This document shows positions 51,668 through 63,524 of a DNA stretch of 64,000 nt, one piece after another. Below the pieces are notes generated by a model. It was not told where the DNA came from. It did not search any database and saw nothing but the letters and a program-made list of their open reading frames with translations. The position numbers and the translations under genes are program-made. The first letter of the stretch is position 1, and each line of letters begins with the position of its first letter. The DNA comes from Mobula hypostoma (taxonomy: Eukaryota): positions 17,670,001 through 17,734,000 of the forward strand of contig NC_086108.1 of the NCBI RefSeq assembly GCF_963921235.1, given 5' to 3'.

Positions 51668-53684
51668 TAGGATACAGGAACCGTGGTGTACAAAGGCTGT
51701 TGTAAATCTAGTCAAGAAGAAAAGAAAAGCTTACGAAAGGTTAAAAAAAAATGAGGTAATGATAGAGATCTAGAAGATTATAAGATTAGCAGGAAGGACC
51801 CTAAGAATGAAATTAGGAGAGCCAGAAGGGGCCATGAGAAGGCCTTGGCGGACAGGATTAAGGAAAACCCCAAGACATTCGACGAATATGTGAAGAGCAA
51901 GAGGATAAGACGTGAGAGAATAGGACCAATCAAGTTTGACAGTGGAAAAGTGTGTATGGAAACAGAGGAGATAGCAGAGGTACTTAATGAGTACTTTGCC
52001 TCAGTATTCACTACAGAAAGGGATCTTGGGGATTGTAGGGATGACTTACAGTGGACTGAAAAGGTTCAATATATAGCTACTAATAAAGAGGATGTGCTGG
52101 AGCTTTTGGAAAGCATCAAGTTGGATAAGTCACCAGGATCAGACGAGATGTAACCCAGGCTACTGTGGGAGGCAAGGGAGGAAATTGCTGAGCCTCTGGC
52201 GATGATCTTTGCATCATCAATGGGGATGGCAGAGGATTTGGAAGATTGGAGGGTTGCAGATGTTGTTCCCTTATTCAAGAAAGGGAGTAGAGATAGCCCA
52301 TGAAATTATAGACCAGTGAGTCTTACTTCAGTGGTTGGTAAGTTGATGGAAAAGATTCTGAGAGACAGGATTTATGAACATTTGGAGAGGCATAATATGA
52401 TTAGGAACAGCCAACATGGCTTTGTCAAAGGCAGGTCATGCTTCACGAGCCTGATTGAATTTTTGAGGATGTGACGAAACACATTGATGGAAGTAATGCA
52501 GTAGATGTAGTGTATATGGATTTCAGGAAGGTATTTGATAAGGTACCTCATGCAAGGCTTATTGAGAGAGTAAGGAGGCATGGGATCCAAGGGGACAGTG
52601 CTTTGTGGATCCAGAACTGGGTTGCCCACAGAAGCCAAAGAGTGGTTGTGGACAGGTCATATTCTGCATGGAGGTCGGTGACAAGTGGTGTGCCTCAGGG
52701 ATCTGTTCTGGGACCCCTGCTCTTCATGATTTTTATAAATCACCTGGATGAGGAAGTGGAGGGATGGGTTAGTAAATTTGCTGATGACACAAAGGTTGTG
52801 GGTGTGGGTGTTGTGGATAGTGTGGAGGTCTATCAGAGGTTACAGCAGGACATTGATAGGATGCAAAACTGGGCTGAGAAGGGGCAGATGGAGTTCAACC
52901 CAGATAAGTGTGAGGTGGTTCATTTTGGAAGGTCAAATATGATGACAGAATATAGTATTAATGGTAAGACTCTTGGCAGTATGGAGGATCAGAGGGATCT
53001 TGGGGTCCATAGGATGCCCAAAGCTGTTGCACAGGTTGACTCTGTGGTTAAGAAGGCATATGGTGGCCTTCATCAATCATTGGATTGAGTTTAGGAGCCG
53101 AGAGGTAATGTTGCAGCTATATAGGACCCTGGTCAGACCCCACTTGAAGTACTGTGCTCAGTTCTGGTTGCCTCACTATAGGAAGGATGTGGAAACCATA
53201 GCAATGGTGCAGAGGAGATTTACAAGGATGTTTCCTGGATTGGGGGGCATGCCGTATGAGAACAGGTTGAGTGAACTCGGCCTTTTTTACTTGGAGTGAT
53301 GGAGGATGAGAGGTGACCTGATAGAGGTGTATGAGATGATGAGAGGTATTGATCATATGGATAGTCAGAGGCTTTTTCCCAGGGCTGAAATGGCTAGCAC
53401 GAGAGGGCACAGTTTTAAGGTGCTTGGAAGTCGGTACAGAGGAGACGTCAGTGGTAAGGTTTTTTACACAGTGAGTGGTGAGTGCGTGGAATGGGCTGCC
53501 GGCGACGGTGGTGGAAGCGGATACGATAGGGTCTTTTAAGAGACTCCTGGATAGGTACATGGAGCTAAGAAAAATAGAGGGCTATGTGTAACCCTGGGTA
53601 GTTTCTAAGGTAAGGACATGCTCGGCACAGCTTTGTAGGCCAAAGGGCCTGTATTGTGCTGTAGGTTTTCTATGTTTCTATGTT
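51668..53684 (+). mobile_element. 5'-truncated CR1
   Basis: RT motifs in 52471-53088; (TTCTATGT)n tail. Confidence 0.93.
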
Positions 53685-54870
53685 TAATTGCATCATGGCC
53701 TGGTACAGAAATTTCATCACACAGAAAGAAGAGGCTGCAGAGAGTGGTGGGCACAGCTGGATCTATCACAGGCACAGCGCACCCTACCGTCGGCAGCATC
53801 TACAGGAGTCAGTGCCTGAAGGACACAGCATTTATCTTTAACGATCCCCACAATACACATCATGCCTTCTTCTCGCTGCTACCATTGGGCTGGAGGTACT
53901 AATGCTAACTCCCACACCACTGACGGTTTCCAACAACCATCAGGTTTTTGAAAAGATCTATGCAATTCCAATCCTGCCCCAGCCATGGAACACTAAAGAC
54001 CATCTCTTGTACTACAATGAACTTTTCCCTGCATTTTTCTTGATTATTTGCATTTTCTATTTTCCTCCTCTCTCTTTGCTATTATATAGTTTATATTCTG
54101 CGTGTAATCTGCACCTATGTGCCTCTGATGTTGGAGCAGGCAAGTTTCCTATTGTACCAGGATCTCTCCATACTTGTGCACATGACAATAAGCTCAATTT
54201 GAAACAAAAGTTTGCAAAGAGATTCATATAGATTGAGCATGTGGACATGGAGGTGACAGTGGATACTCTATGGGTACACAAAAACTGCAAAAGGTGAAAT
54301 ATCATCAGCAAAGGATTTTACCAAGGTAAACTTGCAGGAGGGAGCATCTGAAATTTAAACATCACTGCTTGAGGCCTTAGACCAATTATCCTGCTGGCGA
54401 ATGTACAAAATTGAAGACTTCAGAGTAAGATTGCAGTACCAGAGGGGCATCAGGGACTGCTGTGCACTTTGCTCCATGGAAACACGATTCATTCCCACTA
54501 TTTCAGACATAGCACTGCAGCCCGAGAGTTTCACCATTCACCATAAAGCCTGCACAGCTCAATCTTTTCAAGGCAGTGGAGGTGGCGTATGCTCAATGAT
54601 TAACTCCTCCTGGTGCACAGACATGGCAGTTGAGTCTCAATCATGTTTACCCAACCGGGAACATCAAGTGGTCAAATGTCATCCATTTTTCTACCATTAT
54701 CCTGGCAGTGATGTACATTCCTCGTCAGGCCAATGTCAGGCAGGTTCTAGGGTTGCTGAGCTCTGTTATCAGCGGGCATGAAAAAGTGCACCCTGACGCC
54801 CTACCATTGTGGGGGATTTCAACCAGGCCATCTTGAAGGAATCTCCGAACATCTACCACCAATGTGTTGG
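53685..54870 (+). mobile_element. Rex1/Babar-type fragments (3' end 53685-54200; endonuclease region 54310-54870)
   Basis: RKRLQRVV..A..ITG; RDCCALC..ET and GGGVC.MIN.SWC motifs. Confidence 0.75.
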
Positions 54871-55294
54871 CCACAGAAAATCTACAAATCAGTGAATTCA
54901 GATGAATCAAGGACAGTGGAAGCAGACAGACTAATTGTCTTTGTTCTTGCCGCATGCTTGGGGTTGGAGGCTGCCACTTTGTGAAGACACTCTATTCTCC
55001 ATTTTGTGAGCTTGACATGCTGGGCTTGATCAATGTTTTAAAGAAGACACAATGATACTTCAAGTAATCATTTCCAATTAAGAAGTTATTGTGAGATGTT
55101 CATTGCTTGGCTATAACATGCAGGTTTGTAAATATTGGGGTTGATGTCTGCCTGAAGTGATTCAAGCTCATTACTGATTGAGAACAAAGAGCCATAAATT
55201 ATCTACTGACACTTGATGGGAAGAGGGCAATAAATGGATGCTGGCTTGGAGCAGAGCCAATAACAAAGTGTTAAAGGACAGACACATGACCTGT

Positions 55295-55714
55295 ACTCAG
55301 GACATCCTTAGGGAGCTGTGTCTCAGAAAGGCAGTGTCCATATTAAGGACCTCCAGCACCCAGGGCATGCCCTTTTCTTACTGTTACCATCAGGTAGGAG
55401 ATACAGAAGTCTGAAGGCACACACTCAGTGATTCAGGAACAGCTTCTTCCCTCTGCCATCCGATTCCTAAATGGACAAAGCTTTGGACACTACCTCACTT
55501 TTTTAAAATATACAGTATTCTGTTTTTGCACATTTTAAAAAATCTATTCAATATACATAATTGATTTACTTGTTTATTTATTAAGTTTTATTTTATGTAT
55601 TATTATTTTTTCTCTCTCTGCTAGATTATGTATTGCATTGAACTGCTGCTGCTAAGTTAACAAATGTTACGTCACATGCCAGTGATAATAAACCTGATTC
55701 TGATTCTGATTCTG
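55295..55714 (+). mobile_element. Rex1/Babar-type 3' end
   Basis: Closely similar to 33368-33440 plus 34305-34612; aataaa and (GATTCT)3 tail. Confidence 0.88.
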
Positions 55715-56929
55715 TGGCCAATGACACTGGAATGCGATATTTGAATTGATAAGGAATTGATATAAAAGTGGATGCTTTGTGTGTGCTGGCAGCAGTAACT
55801 TCGAAGAATAACCATCACAGATACAAGCGTGAGTAACCTGTGTGAAACACGTGGCGAGTGAATCGGGACAACAAGGAACGCCTGGCCAGTGTAAACTCCT
55901 TTGCCCGGGTAATACCCTTGCTATTCTTTGGCTATTCAGGAGAGTCAGGGATACTTAGCAGGTGTCACACAAAGTATTTAGTGTATGAATTCACGTACTT
56001 GTTAGTTTAAACAATAAAGGTACTTGTCCGTAAATACAGATCTCTCTGTGCCTCACTAATCATCGTTATAAGTAGTATTTTTCTTTACAACTAATATATC
56101 ACCTGTGGAGCCAGAGGAGCCAACACACTTGACCACTGTTATCCTTTGTCTATCATACTTATTATTTCCTCAAATAATTCCAATAGATTTGTCAGGCAAG
56201 ATTTGCCCTTCAGGAAACCATGCTGACTTTGGCCTACTTCATCATGTGCCTCCAATATCCTGAAACTTCATCCTTAATAATGGACTCCAACGTCTTCCCA
56301 ACTGCTGGTCAGACTAATTATCCTATAATTTTCTTTCTTCTGCTTCCCTCCCTTCTGCCTTATGATGGGAGGGTGAATTGCTTATCACAGTTACCTTGAA
56401 ATTGTCTCCTCAGATGTTGACTGGCTTTCCATCTGCTGTCTGCAGGTCCAATGTCAGTTCTACTACATTCAAACACTGCCTGGAATGCGATCTCCTCAGC
56501 TCCTTGCTGTGTAGCAGGGATTTAACAGCACAGTGTCCATCTGCTTCATTGACCACACACGCCACTCTTTATGGACCACTTGAGGTTTTAATTCTCCACA
56601 GGAAGAGAGGTATTGCTTGGAGAAGTTCATTAAAGTGATTCAAATGCACGCAGTCAGCAAGATTGTGTGGCTGAGAGCTCTGTCCTTAATTGCAGAGCAA
56701 TGGCTACAGGCACTGGTGGGTCAGTACTAAGCTCCATTGCAGAACAGCCCACCTCTTTTTTGAAGTGCTCATCTATTGACTACAGTATCTCCTGGAAGTT
56801 CCGGGAGTCTCCTGCATATCAATAGTGGCTCCCTGACGCCCAGATATTATGTACAATATCCCAGAAATAGATTTTTTTTGAGGGGGAGAGGGAGAGTGAG
56901 CATCCTGATTGGTCTCTCTTCGTACTAAG

Positions 56930-57632
56930 AGTGGTCCCCAACCACCAGGAAACAATATGATTTGGCGATATGAAACGATATGAGTCAGCTGCACCTTTCC
57001 TCATTCCCTGTCACACACTGTTGAATTTTAACGCACGCGAGGTTCTCAGTGATCCAAGACGTGCAAAGGAATGGGTCCATGACCCATTTGTGAATGTCCC
57101 TGGTGAATCATCCATATCAGCGTGGGAAAAAGATCAGCTCCTTGAGCTGAAAAGTATGTTTGACATAACATCTCTGCCGGCATTCTGGATCAAAGACAAG
57201 GCCGAATATCCTGAGATAGCCACGAAAGCACTGAAAACGTTGCTTCCATTTCCAACATATCTCTGTGAAGCGGAGTTTTCTGCAATGAATGCAACGAAAA
57301 CTAAATTGCAGAATAGACTGGACATAAGGAACCCCCTTCAAGTATCGCTGTCTCCCATCACCCCTCGATAGGACCGTGTTGCTGCAGAAAAACAAGCCCA
57401 GGGCGCCCACTGATTCAGCGATATTGGTGTGTTGCAATGATTTTATATGTTCATACAGGGAAAATATGCGCTGTGTGCTTAATATCCAAATGTTACTTAA
57501 AATGTTATGATGCAATTGACTTATCACCTATATTCCGGTTGTGATCAACACCTCCGCCCCCGGTCAGCTGGTCCGCAAGAATACTGTCAATATTAAACCG
57601 GTCTGCAGTGCAAAAACGATTGCGGACCCCTG
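56930..57632 (+). mobile_element. Internally deleted hAT (Charlie/Buster-like) transposon
   Basis: Ends agtggtccccaacc / gattgcggacccctg. ORF 56970-57371 has FW...EYPEIA.KALK.LLPFP.YLCE..FS, the hAT dimerisation domain. CTAAG on the left and CTAAGTAG on the right form a partly deleted 8-bp TSD. Confidence 0.88.
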
Positions 57633-58032
57633 CTAAGTAGACCTATCAGTTTTCTCTGTGGGCGGGCTTTACAGTCGACCTCAAAAATAATGACAGTGTT
57701 GCTCGCTGCACTGTTTGCAACAGTGACTTTTCTATTGCCCATGGTGGGTTAAAATGTAAAAGACATGTCCAGGTGAGTTTAACAGGTGTCATTCGTTCAT
57801 TAGCATAGCTAACGTTATTTAAACTAGCTGGCTGGGTGCTAAGGAGTTATGCTACTGATGTCCTACTTGATGAGGCCAAACTCCCTGTAGACTTGCTTAA
57901 AGTTGTAATAGAATAAACATGATAATATAAGTACATATTTTAATGTCACATTTTCTGCATATACCCAACTTAATTTACAGATTAGACAAAATCCCTAAAC
58001 AAAGTATTACATACATCCTTGGAGGTCGACCG

Positions 58033-58069
58033 TGGGGTGGGGTGGGGTGGGGTGGGGTGGGGTGGGGGG
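58033..58069 (+). repeat. (TGGGG)n repeat, G-quadruplex-capable
   Basis: Seven G4-or-longer runs separated by single T. Confidence 0.9.
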
Positions 58070-58559
58070 CAGGGGTGCTACCTCCCTGAAATGAGTTTTT
58101 GCAGAGTGGGATGTCTGCTATAGGGAGGTGGCACAGGAGCCCAAAGAATCACACTCAACGTTTGAGGAACAGCTTCTTCCATCAGATTTCTGAACAGTCT
58201 ATGACCACTTCCTCATTATTTCTCTGTTGTACTGTTATTTGCAACTTTCAGTATTTTTTTAATGTATTGCACTGTACTTCTGCACAAAATAACACATTCC
58301 TCGACATATAAACCTGGTTCTGATTCTAAGGGCAAGCTGACTGGTGAAACAAGGTCAGCCACAGAACTCTGCCGCTACAAAATAATCCCTCCTCCTTCTC
58401 CACTTTCTTTCCCTCTATCACGCTCACTGTCCCCTTCCCTCTCTATCCTCCCTCAAGTATGACCCCCATCTTATCCCCTCCCTCTCCACCTTTGCCAGAG
58501 AGCAGACGCCAGTTTATTTCTGTTCTCAGCCTGTCTAGTAACGGCTCCTATATATAAAT

Positions 58560-59420
58560 CGAGAGGCTCCAATGACCGACTGTGGGGTGCTGCTTCTGGC
58601 TAACTCACTTGGACTGTGGTCAAACCGCTGACGAAACGGCCTGGTGGGGCCGGTGGGCTCCAGCAGGCGGCCTGGCCCTCCAGCCGGAACGGTGCCACAC
58701 TGCGGCGAAAGAGCATTGAACTTCCCAGGCGCGCTTCGGCCGCGGCGAGGGAAGCAGCATAAATCACCTGAACTTGACTTCGACAACTCCACGCACCCAA
58801 GACCCGGCAACCTGAGTAAGGTGAGGGGGGAGAGGTTGCACCACTCCACCTCTCTAATGCAGGGGGAGACACACGGGTGTGGAGCTGAGGAGGAGGGAGG
58901 GAAGGCCGACAGAGAGTTCAGGTGTCAGGGGTGATCTGGCAGTTTGCCACGCCTGTGCGCGTCCCCGTCTTAGCTCTGTGTTCGGACAGGGAGACTATGT
59001 ATATGAATGTACACACACATGCAGAGCCCCAGCCGTACGCATTCCCCACATACCACAACAAGCCGTATCAGAAATACAGAAACAGGGAGGGCTTTCTCTC
59101 TCTCTCCACCTCCCCCTCCTAATTATTTTTAAACAGATACAAGATAAACAAGGCAGACTCACTGAGGTGGAGGTAGGTCCCGGTGTCCATGGCGCAGAAA
59201 TGGAACCCCCTCTCGGCTCTCAGCTGTACCCCGGAGCGGGGTGGGAAGGATCATTTGCTGCCGGCCGCTGGAATAGGGCCTTTCTATGACTGGCCAGCGC
59301 CTCTCTCCCAGCCACTGGCTCACTGTACTCTGAGCCTCTTCAATCAGAAGGGGCCTGAGAGGGGGAGGGGGACGGGTAGAGGGGGTGGGGGGGGGGGAGA
59401 AAAAGTGTGTTTGTGTGTGT
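58560..59420 (-). promoter_or_regulatory. CpG-rich island with candidate first exons
   Basis: The only non-transposon GC/CpG-rich stretch in the window. Contains the Kozak ATG (59190), two GTGAGT donors (59157-59162, 58603-58608) and the acceptor ctctccccctcaccttactcAG. Confidence 0.65.
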
Positions 59421-59559
59421 ATGTGTGTTTGGAGAGAAGTTGGCCGTTGCTATCTCCAGCACCCCTTTTTTCCCCTTCTCCAACTTTAAGTCTGCCGAGA
59501 TATTTGTGAGTTAACACTTAAAATGTTTCCCCTCAGTGTCTACGGGATCGAGGAAGGGG

Positions 59560-60110
59560 ACCTTTTAACAGCAGAGGAACAGGCCCTTCAGCTCAAGATA
59601 TTTGCGCAGAACATGATGCCGAATTAAATTGTATCCCTTCTACCTGTGCATGATCCATATTCATCAATTCCCTGCCTATCCATGTGCCTGTTTAACAGCC
59701 TCCAAAGTATCTGCTTCTGCCACTCCTGGCAGTCTATTCCAGGCATCTCCGTAAAAAGAAACTTGCCCTGCACACCTTCAAAAAATTCTCCCTTTTACCT
59801 TAAATCTCCAGTATTTCTCTTAAACTCACTTTAAACTCTAACCCCTGAAAAATATTCTGACAGCATACCCTGTCAAGCCTGTCATAATTTTATCAGGTCT
59901 CCAGAGTCCCATGTTCCAGAGAAAACAACACAAATTGGTCCAACCTCACCTTACAGTAGATGCCCTCTAACCCTGGCAGCATGCTGGTGGAACTCTTCTG
60001 CACACACTTCAAAGCCTCCAAATCCTTTCTGTGAGCAGACTCGATGGGCTGAATGGCCTAATTCAGCTCCTATGTCTTATGGTCTAATAGGGGTAGCCAG
60101 AATCTATTAT
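59560..60110 (-). mobile_element. Degenerate CR1 3' fragment
   Basis: aggcccttcagc tail motif and collinearity with other minus-strand copies. Confidence 0.7.
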
Positions 60111-60339
60111 ATACAGTGCTTGGGTTCTGTTACAGGATTAGGGAAGGGAGGCCAACTCTGCTGTTCTCCCTGGGAAAGGCTATTCTCATGGCATGGAACA
60201 GGTTGACTATTTATGGTTCCCCTCTGTGTCATTGCCCAACCCCCACCCCTGATGCTTCTACTGTGTCACAGATAGAGCCATGGTTCTGTGTGGAGTCACC
60301 TTACCTTGGGCACAGAACGGAGGACAGCAGAGTGGTGTT

Positions 60340-63300
60340 CCTTTGTTGATGAAGGTAGAGTTGTAGATGTAGTGTATATGGCTTTTAGCAAGGTATTTGA
60401 TACAGTACCCCATGCAAGGCTTATTGAGAAAGTAAAGAGGCATGGGATCCAAGGGGACATTGCTTTGTGGATCCAGAATTGGCTTGCCCACAGAAGGCAA
60501 AGAGTGGTTGTAGATGGATCATATTCTGCATGGAGGTCAGAGACCAGTGGTGTGCCTCAGGGATCTGTTCTGGGACCCCTACTCTTTGTGATTTTTATAA
60601 ATGACCTGGATGAGGAAGTGGAGGGATGGGTTAGTAAATTTGCTGATGACAAAGGTTGGGGGTGTTGTGGATAGTGTGGAGGGCTGTCAGAGGTTACAAC
60701 GGGACATCGATAGAATGCAAAACTGGGCTGAGAAGTGGCAGATAGAGTTCAACCCAGATTAGCCAGAGAAAGTGGCTCACCTGAGGACTGGGAGAAATTC
60801 AGAGTTCAGCAGAGGAGGACAAAGGGCTTAATTAGGAAGGGGAAAAAAGATTATGAGAGAAAACTGGCAGAGAACATAAAAACGGACTGTAAAAGCTTTT
60901 ATAGATATGTAAAAAGGAAAAGACTGATAAAGACAAATGTAGGTCCCCTGCAAACAGAAACAGGTGAATTGATTATGGGGAGCAAGGACATGGCAGACCA
61001 ATTGAATAATTACTTTGGTTCTGTCTTCACTAAGGAGGACATAAATAATCTTCCAGAAATAGTAAGGGACAGAGGGTCCAGTGAGATGGAGGAACTGAGC
61101 GAAATACATGTTAGTAGGGAAGTGGTGTTAGGTAAATTGAAGGGATTGAAGGCAGATAAATCCCCAGGGCCAGATGGTCTGCATCCCAGAGTGCTTAAAG
61201 AAGTGGCCCAAGAAATAGTGGATGCATTAGTGATAATTTTTCAAAACTCGTTAGATTCTGGACTAGTTCCTGAGGATTGGAGGGTGGCTAATGTAACCCC
61301 ACTTTTTAAAAAAGGAGGGAGAGAGAAACCGGGGAATTATAGGCCGGTTAGCCTAACGTCGGTGGTGGGGAAACTGCTGGAGTCAGTTATCAAGGATGTG
61401 ATAACAGCACATTTGGAAAGCGGTGAAATGATCGGACAAAGTCAGCATGGATTTGTGAAAGGAAAATCATGTCTGACGAATCTCATAGAATTTTTTGAGG
61501 ATGTAACTAGTAGAGTGGATAGGGGAGAACCAGTGGATGTGGTATATTTGGATTTTCAAAAGGCTTTTGACAAGGTCCCACACAGGAGATTAGTGTGCAA
61601 ACTTAAAGCACATGGTATTGGGGGTAAGGTATTGGTGTGGGTGGAGAATTGGTTAGCAGACAGGAAGCAAAGAGTGGGAATAAATGGGACCTTTTCAGAA
61701 TGGCAGGCGGTGACTAGTGGGGTACCGCAAGGCTCAGTGCTGGGACCCCAGTTGTTTACAATATATATTAATGACTTGGATGAGGGAATTAAATGCAGCA
61801 TCTCCAAGTTTGCGGATGACACGAAGCTGGGTGGCAGTGTTAGCAGTGAGGAGGATGCTAAGAGGATGCAGGGTGACTTGGATAGGTTGGGTGAGTGGGC
61901 AAACTCATGGCAGATGCAATTTAATGTGGATAAATGTGAAGTTATCCACTTTGGTGGCAAAAATAGGAAAACAGATTATTATCTGAATGGTGGCCGATTA
62001 GGAAAAGGGGAGGTGCAACGAGACCTGGGTGTCATTATACACCAGTCATTGAAAGTGGGCATGCAGGTACAGCAGGCGGTGAAAAAGGCGAACGGTATGC
62101 TGGCATTTATAGCGAGAGGATTCGAGTACAGGAGCAGGGAGGTACTACTGCAGTTGTACAAGGCCTTGGTGAGACCACACCTGGAGTATTGTGTGCAGTT
62201 TTGGTCCCCTAATCTGAGGAAAGACATCCTTGCCATAGAGGGAGTACAAAGAAGGTTCACCAGATTGATTCCTGGGATGGCAGGTCTTTCATATGAAGAA
62301 AGACTGGATGAACTGGGCTTGTACTCGTTGGAATTTAGAAGATTGAGGGGGGATCTGATTGAAACGTATAAGATCCTAAAGGGATTGGACAGGCTAGATG
62401 CGGGAAGATTGTTCCCGATGTTGGGGAGGTCTAGAACGAGGGGTCACAGTTTGAGGATAGAGGGGAAGCCTTTTAGGACCGAGGTTAGGAAAAACTTCTT
62501 CACACAGAGAGTGGTGAATCTGTGGAATTCTCTGCCACAGCAAACTGTTGAGGCCAGTTCATTAGCTATGTTTAAAAGGAAGTTAGATATGGCCCTTGTG
62601 GCTACAGGGGTCACGGGGTATGGAGGGAAGGCTGGGTTCTGAGTTGGATGATCAGCCATGATCATAATAAATGGCGGTGCAGGCTCGAAGGGCCGAATGG
62701 CCTACTCCTGCACCTATTTTCTATGTTTCTATGTTTCTATAAGCGTGAGGTGGTTCATTTTGGAATGTCAAATATGATGGCAGAATATAGTATTAATGGT
62801 AAGACTCTTGGCAGTGTAGAGGATCAGAGGGATCTTGGGGTCTGAGTCCATAGGACATTCAAAGCTGCTACACAGGTTGACTCTGTGGTTAAGAAGGCAT
62901 ATGGTGCATTGGCCTTCATCAATTGTTGGACTGAGTGTAAGAGCCGAGAGGTAATGTTGCAGCTATATAGGACCCTGGTTAGACCCCACTTGGAATATTG
63001 TGCTCAATTTTGGTTGCCTCACTATCGGAAGGACGTGGAAACTATAGAAAGGGTGCAGAGGAGATGTACAAGGATATTGCCTGAATTGGGGAGCATGCCT
63101 TATGAGAATAGGTTGAGTGAACTCAGCCTTTTCTCCTTGGAGCGACGGAGGATGAGAGGTGACTTAATAGAGGCATACAAGATAATGAGAGGCATTGGTC
63201 GTGTGGATAGTCAGAGGCTTTTCTCCAGGGCTGAAATGGCTAGCACGAGAGGGCACAATGTTAACGTGCTTGGAAGTAGATACAGAGGAGATGTCAGGGG

Positions 63301-63524
63301 TAATTTTTTTACGCAGAGTGGTGAGTGCGTGGAATGGTCTGCCAGCGGCGGTGGTGAAGGCGGAAACTATAGGGTCTTTTAAGAGACTCCTGGATGGCTA
63401 CATGGAGCTTAGAAAAATAGAGGGCTATGGGTAAAGCCTAGGTAGTTCTAAGGTAGGGACATATTCAGCACAGATTTGTGGGCCAAAGGGCCTGTATTGT
63501 GCTGTATGTTTTCTATGTTTCTAT
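60340..63524 (+). mobile_element. CR1 RT/3' fragment split by a younger CR1
   Basis: Host aacccagat|aag.gtgagg is broken at about 60759 and resumes at about 62738. Confidence 0.9.
60760..62642 (+). CDS. Uninterrupted CR1 ORF2 segment (RT and C-terminus; endonuclease missing through 5' truncation). Element spans about 60760-62737
   Basis: Listed 635-aa ORF without stops: [43 protein letters not shown]. Clean (TTTCTATG)n tail. The listed start lies in host sequence. Confidence 0.92.

Larger units (their letters stand above)
56780..58117 (+). mobile_element. Putative non-autonomous hAT-like element with a BED-type zinc-finger remnant
   Basis: 57701-57772 translates ARCTVCNSDFSIAHGGLKCKRHVQ. 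The right end is gggatgtctg; the left TIR was not found. Confidence 0.55.
3748..59190 (-). pseudogene. Candidate disrupted multi-exon host gene of unknown family. Exons: 59163-59190, 58609-58811, 56395-56703, 51494-51586, 49770-50048, 45833-45993, 37245-37327, 35645-35684+35073-35091, 12917-13200, 7963-8136, 5772-6020, 4184-4253, 3956-4066 (duplicate 3748-3859)
   Basis: Kozak GCGCCATGG in a CpG-rich island. AG/GT boundaries, most with pyrimidine tracts, fall in the repeat-free islands and all lie on one strand. Spliced frame is 701 codons with 17 stops; six exons are fully open. Some boundaries are weak and were chosen by eye. Confidence 0.5.

Noticed and set aside
55090..56090. Possible second solo LTR split by a Rex1/Babar tail (TATAAAA, AATAAA, ...TTTACA)
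   Set aside because: No matching TSD or clear left terminus was found.
58548..58575. Plus-strand TATA box and CCAAT
   Set aside because: CCAAT lies downstream of the TATA and no plus-strand gene follows; splice signals point to the minus strand.
3748..59190. Family assignment of the reconstructed peptide (patchy resemblance to the Roco/LRRK COR W-PG-L-ID motif and to MTBP/Treslin/M1AP)
   Set aside because: Short by-eye matches fit several unrelated families and the spacing is inconsistent; a profile search is needed.
60735..62642. Domesticated RT gene
   Set aside because: The start is borrowed from the host repeat, the element is 5'-truncated and it keeps a LINE tail; youth explains the open frame.
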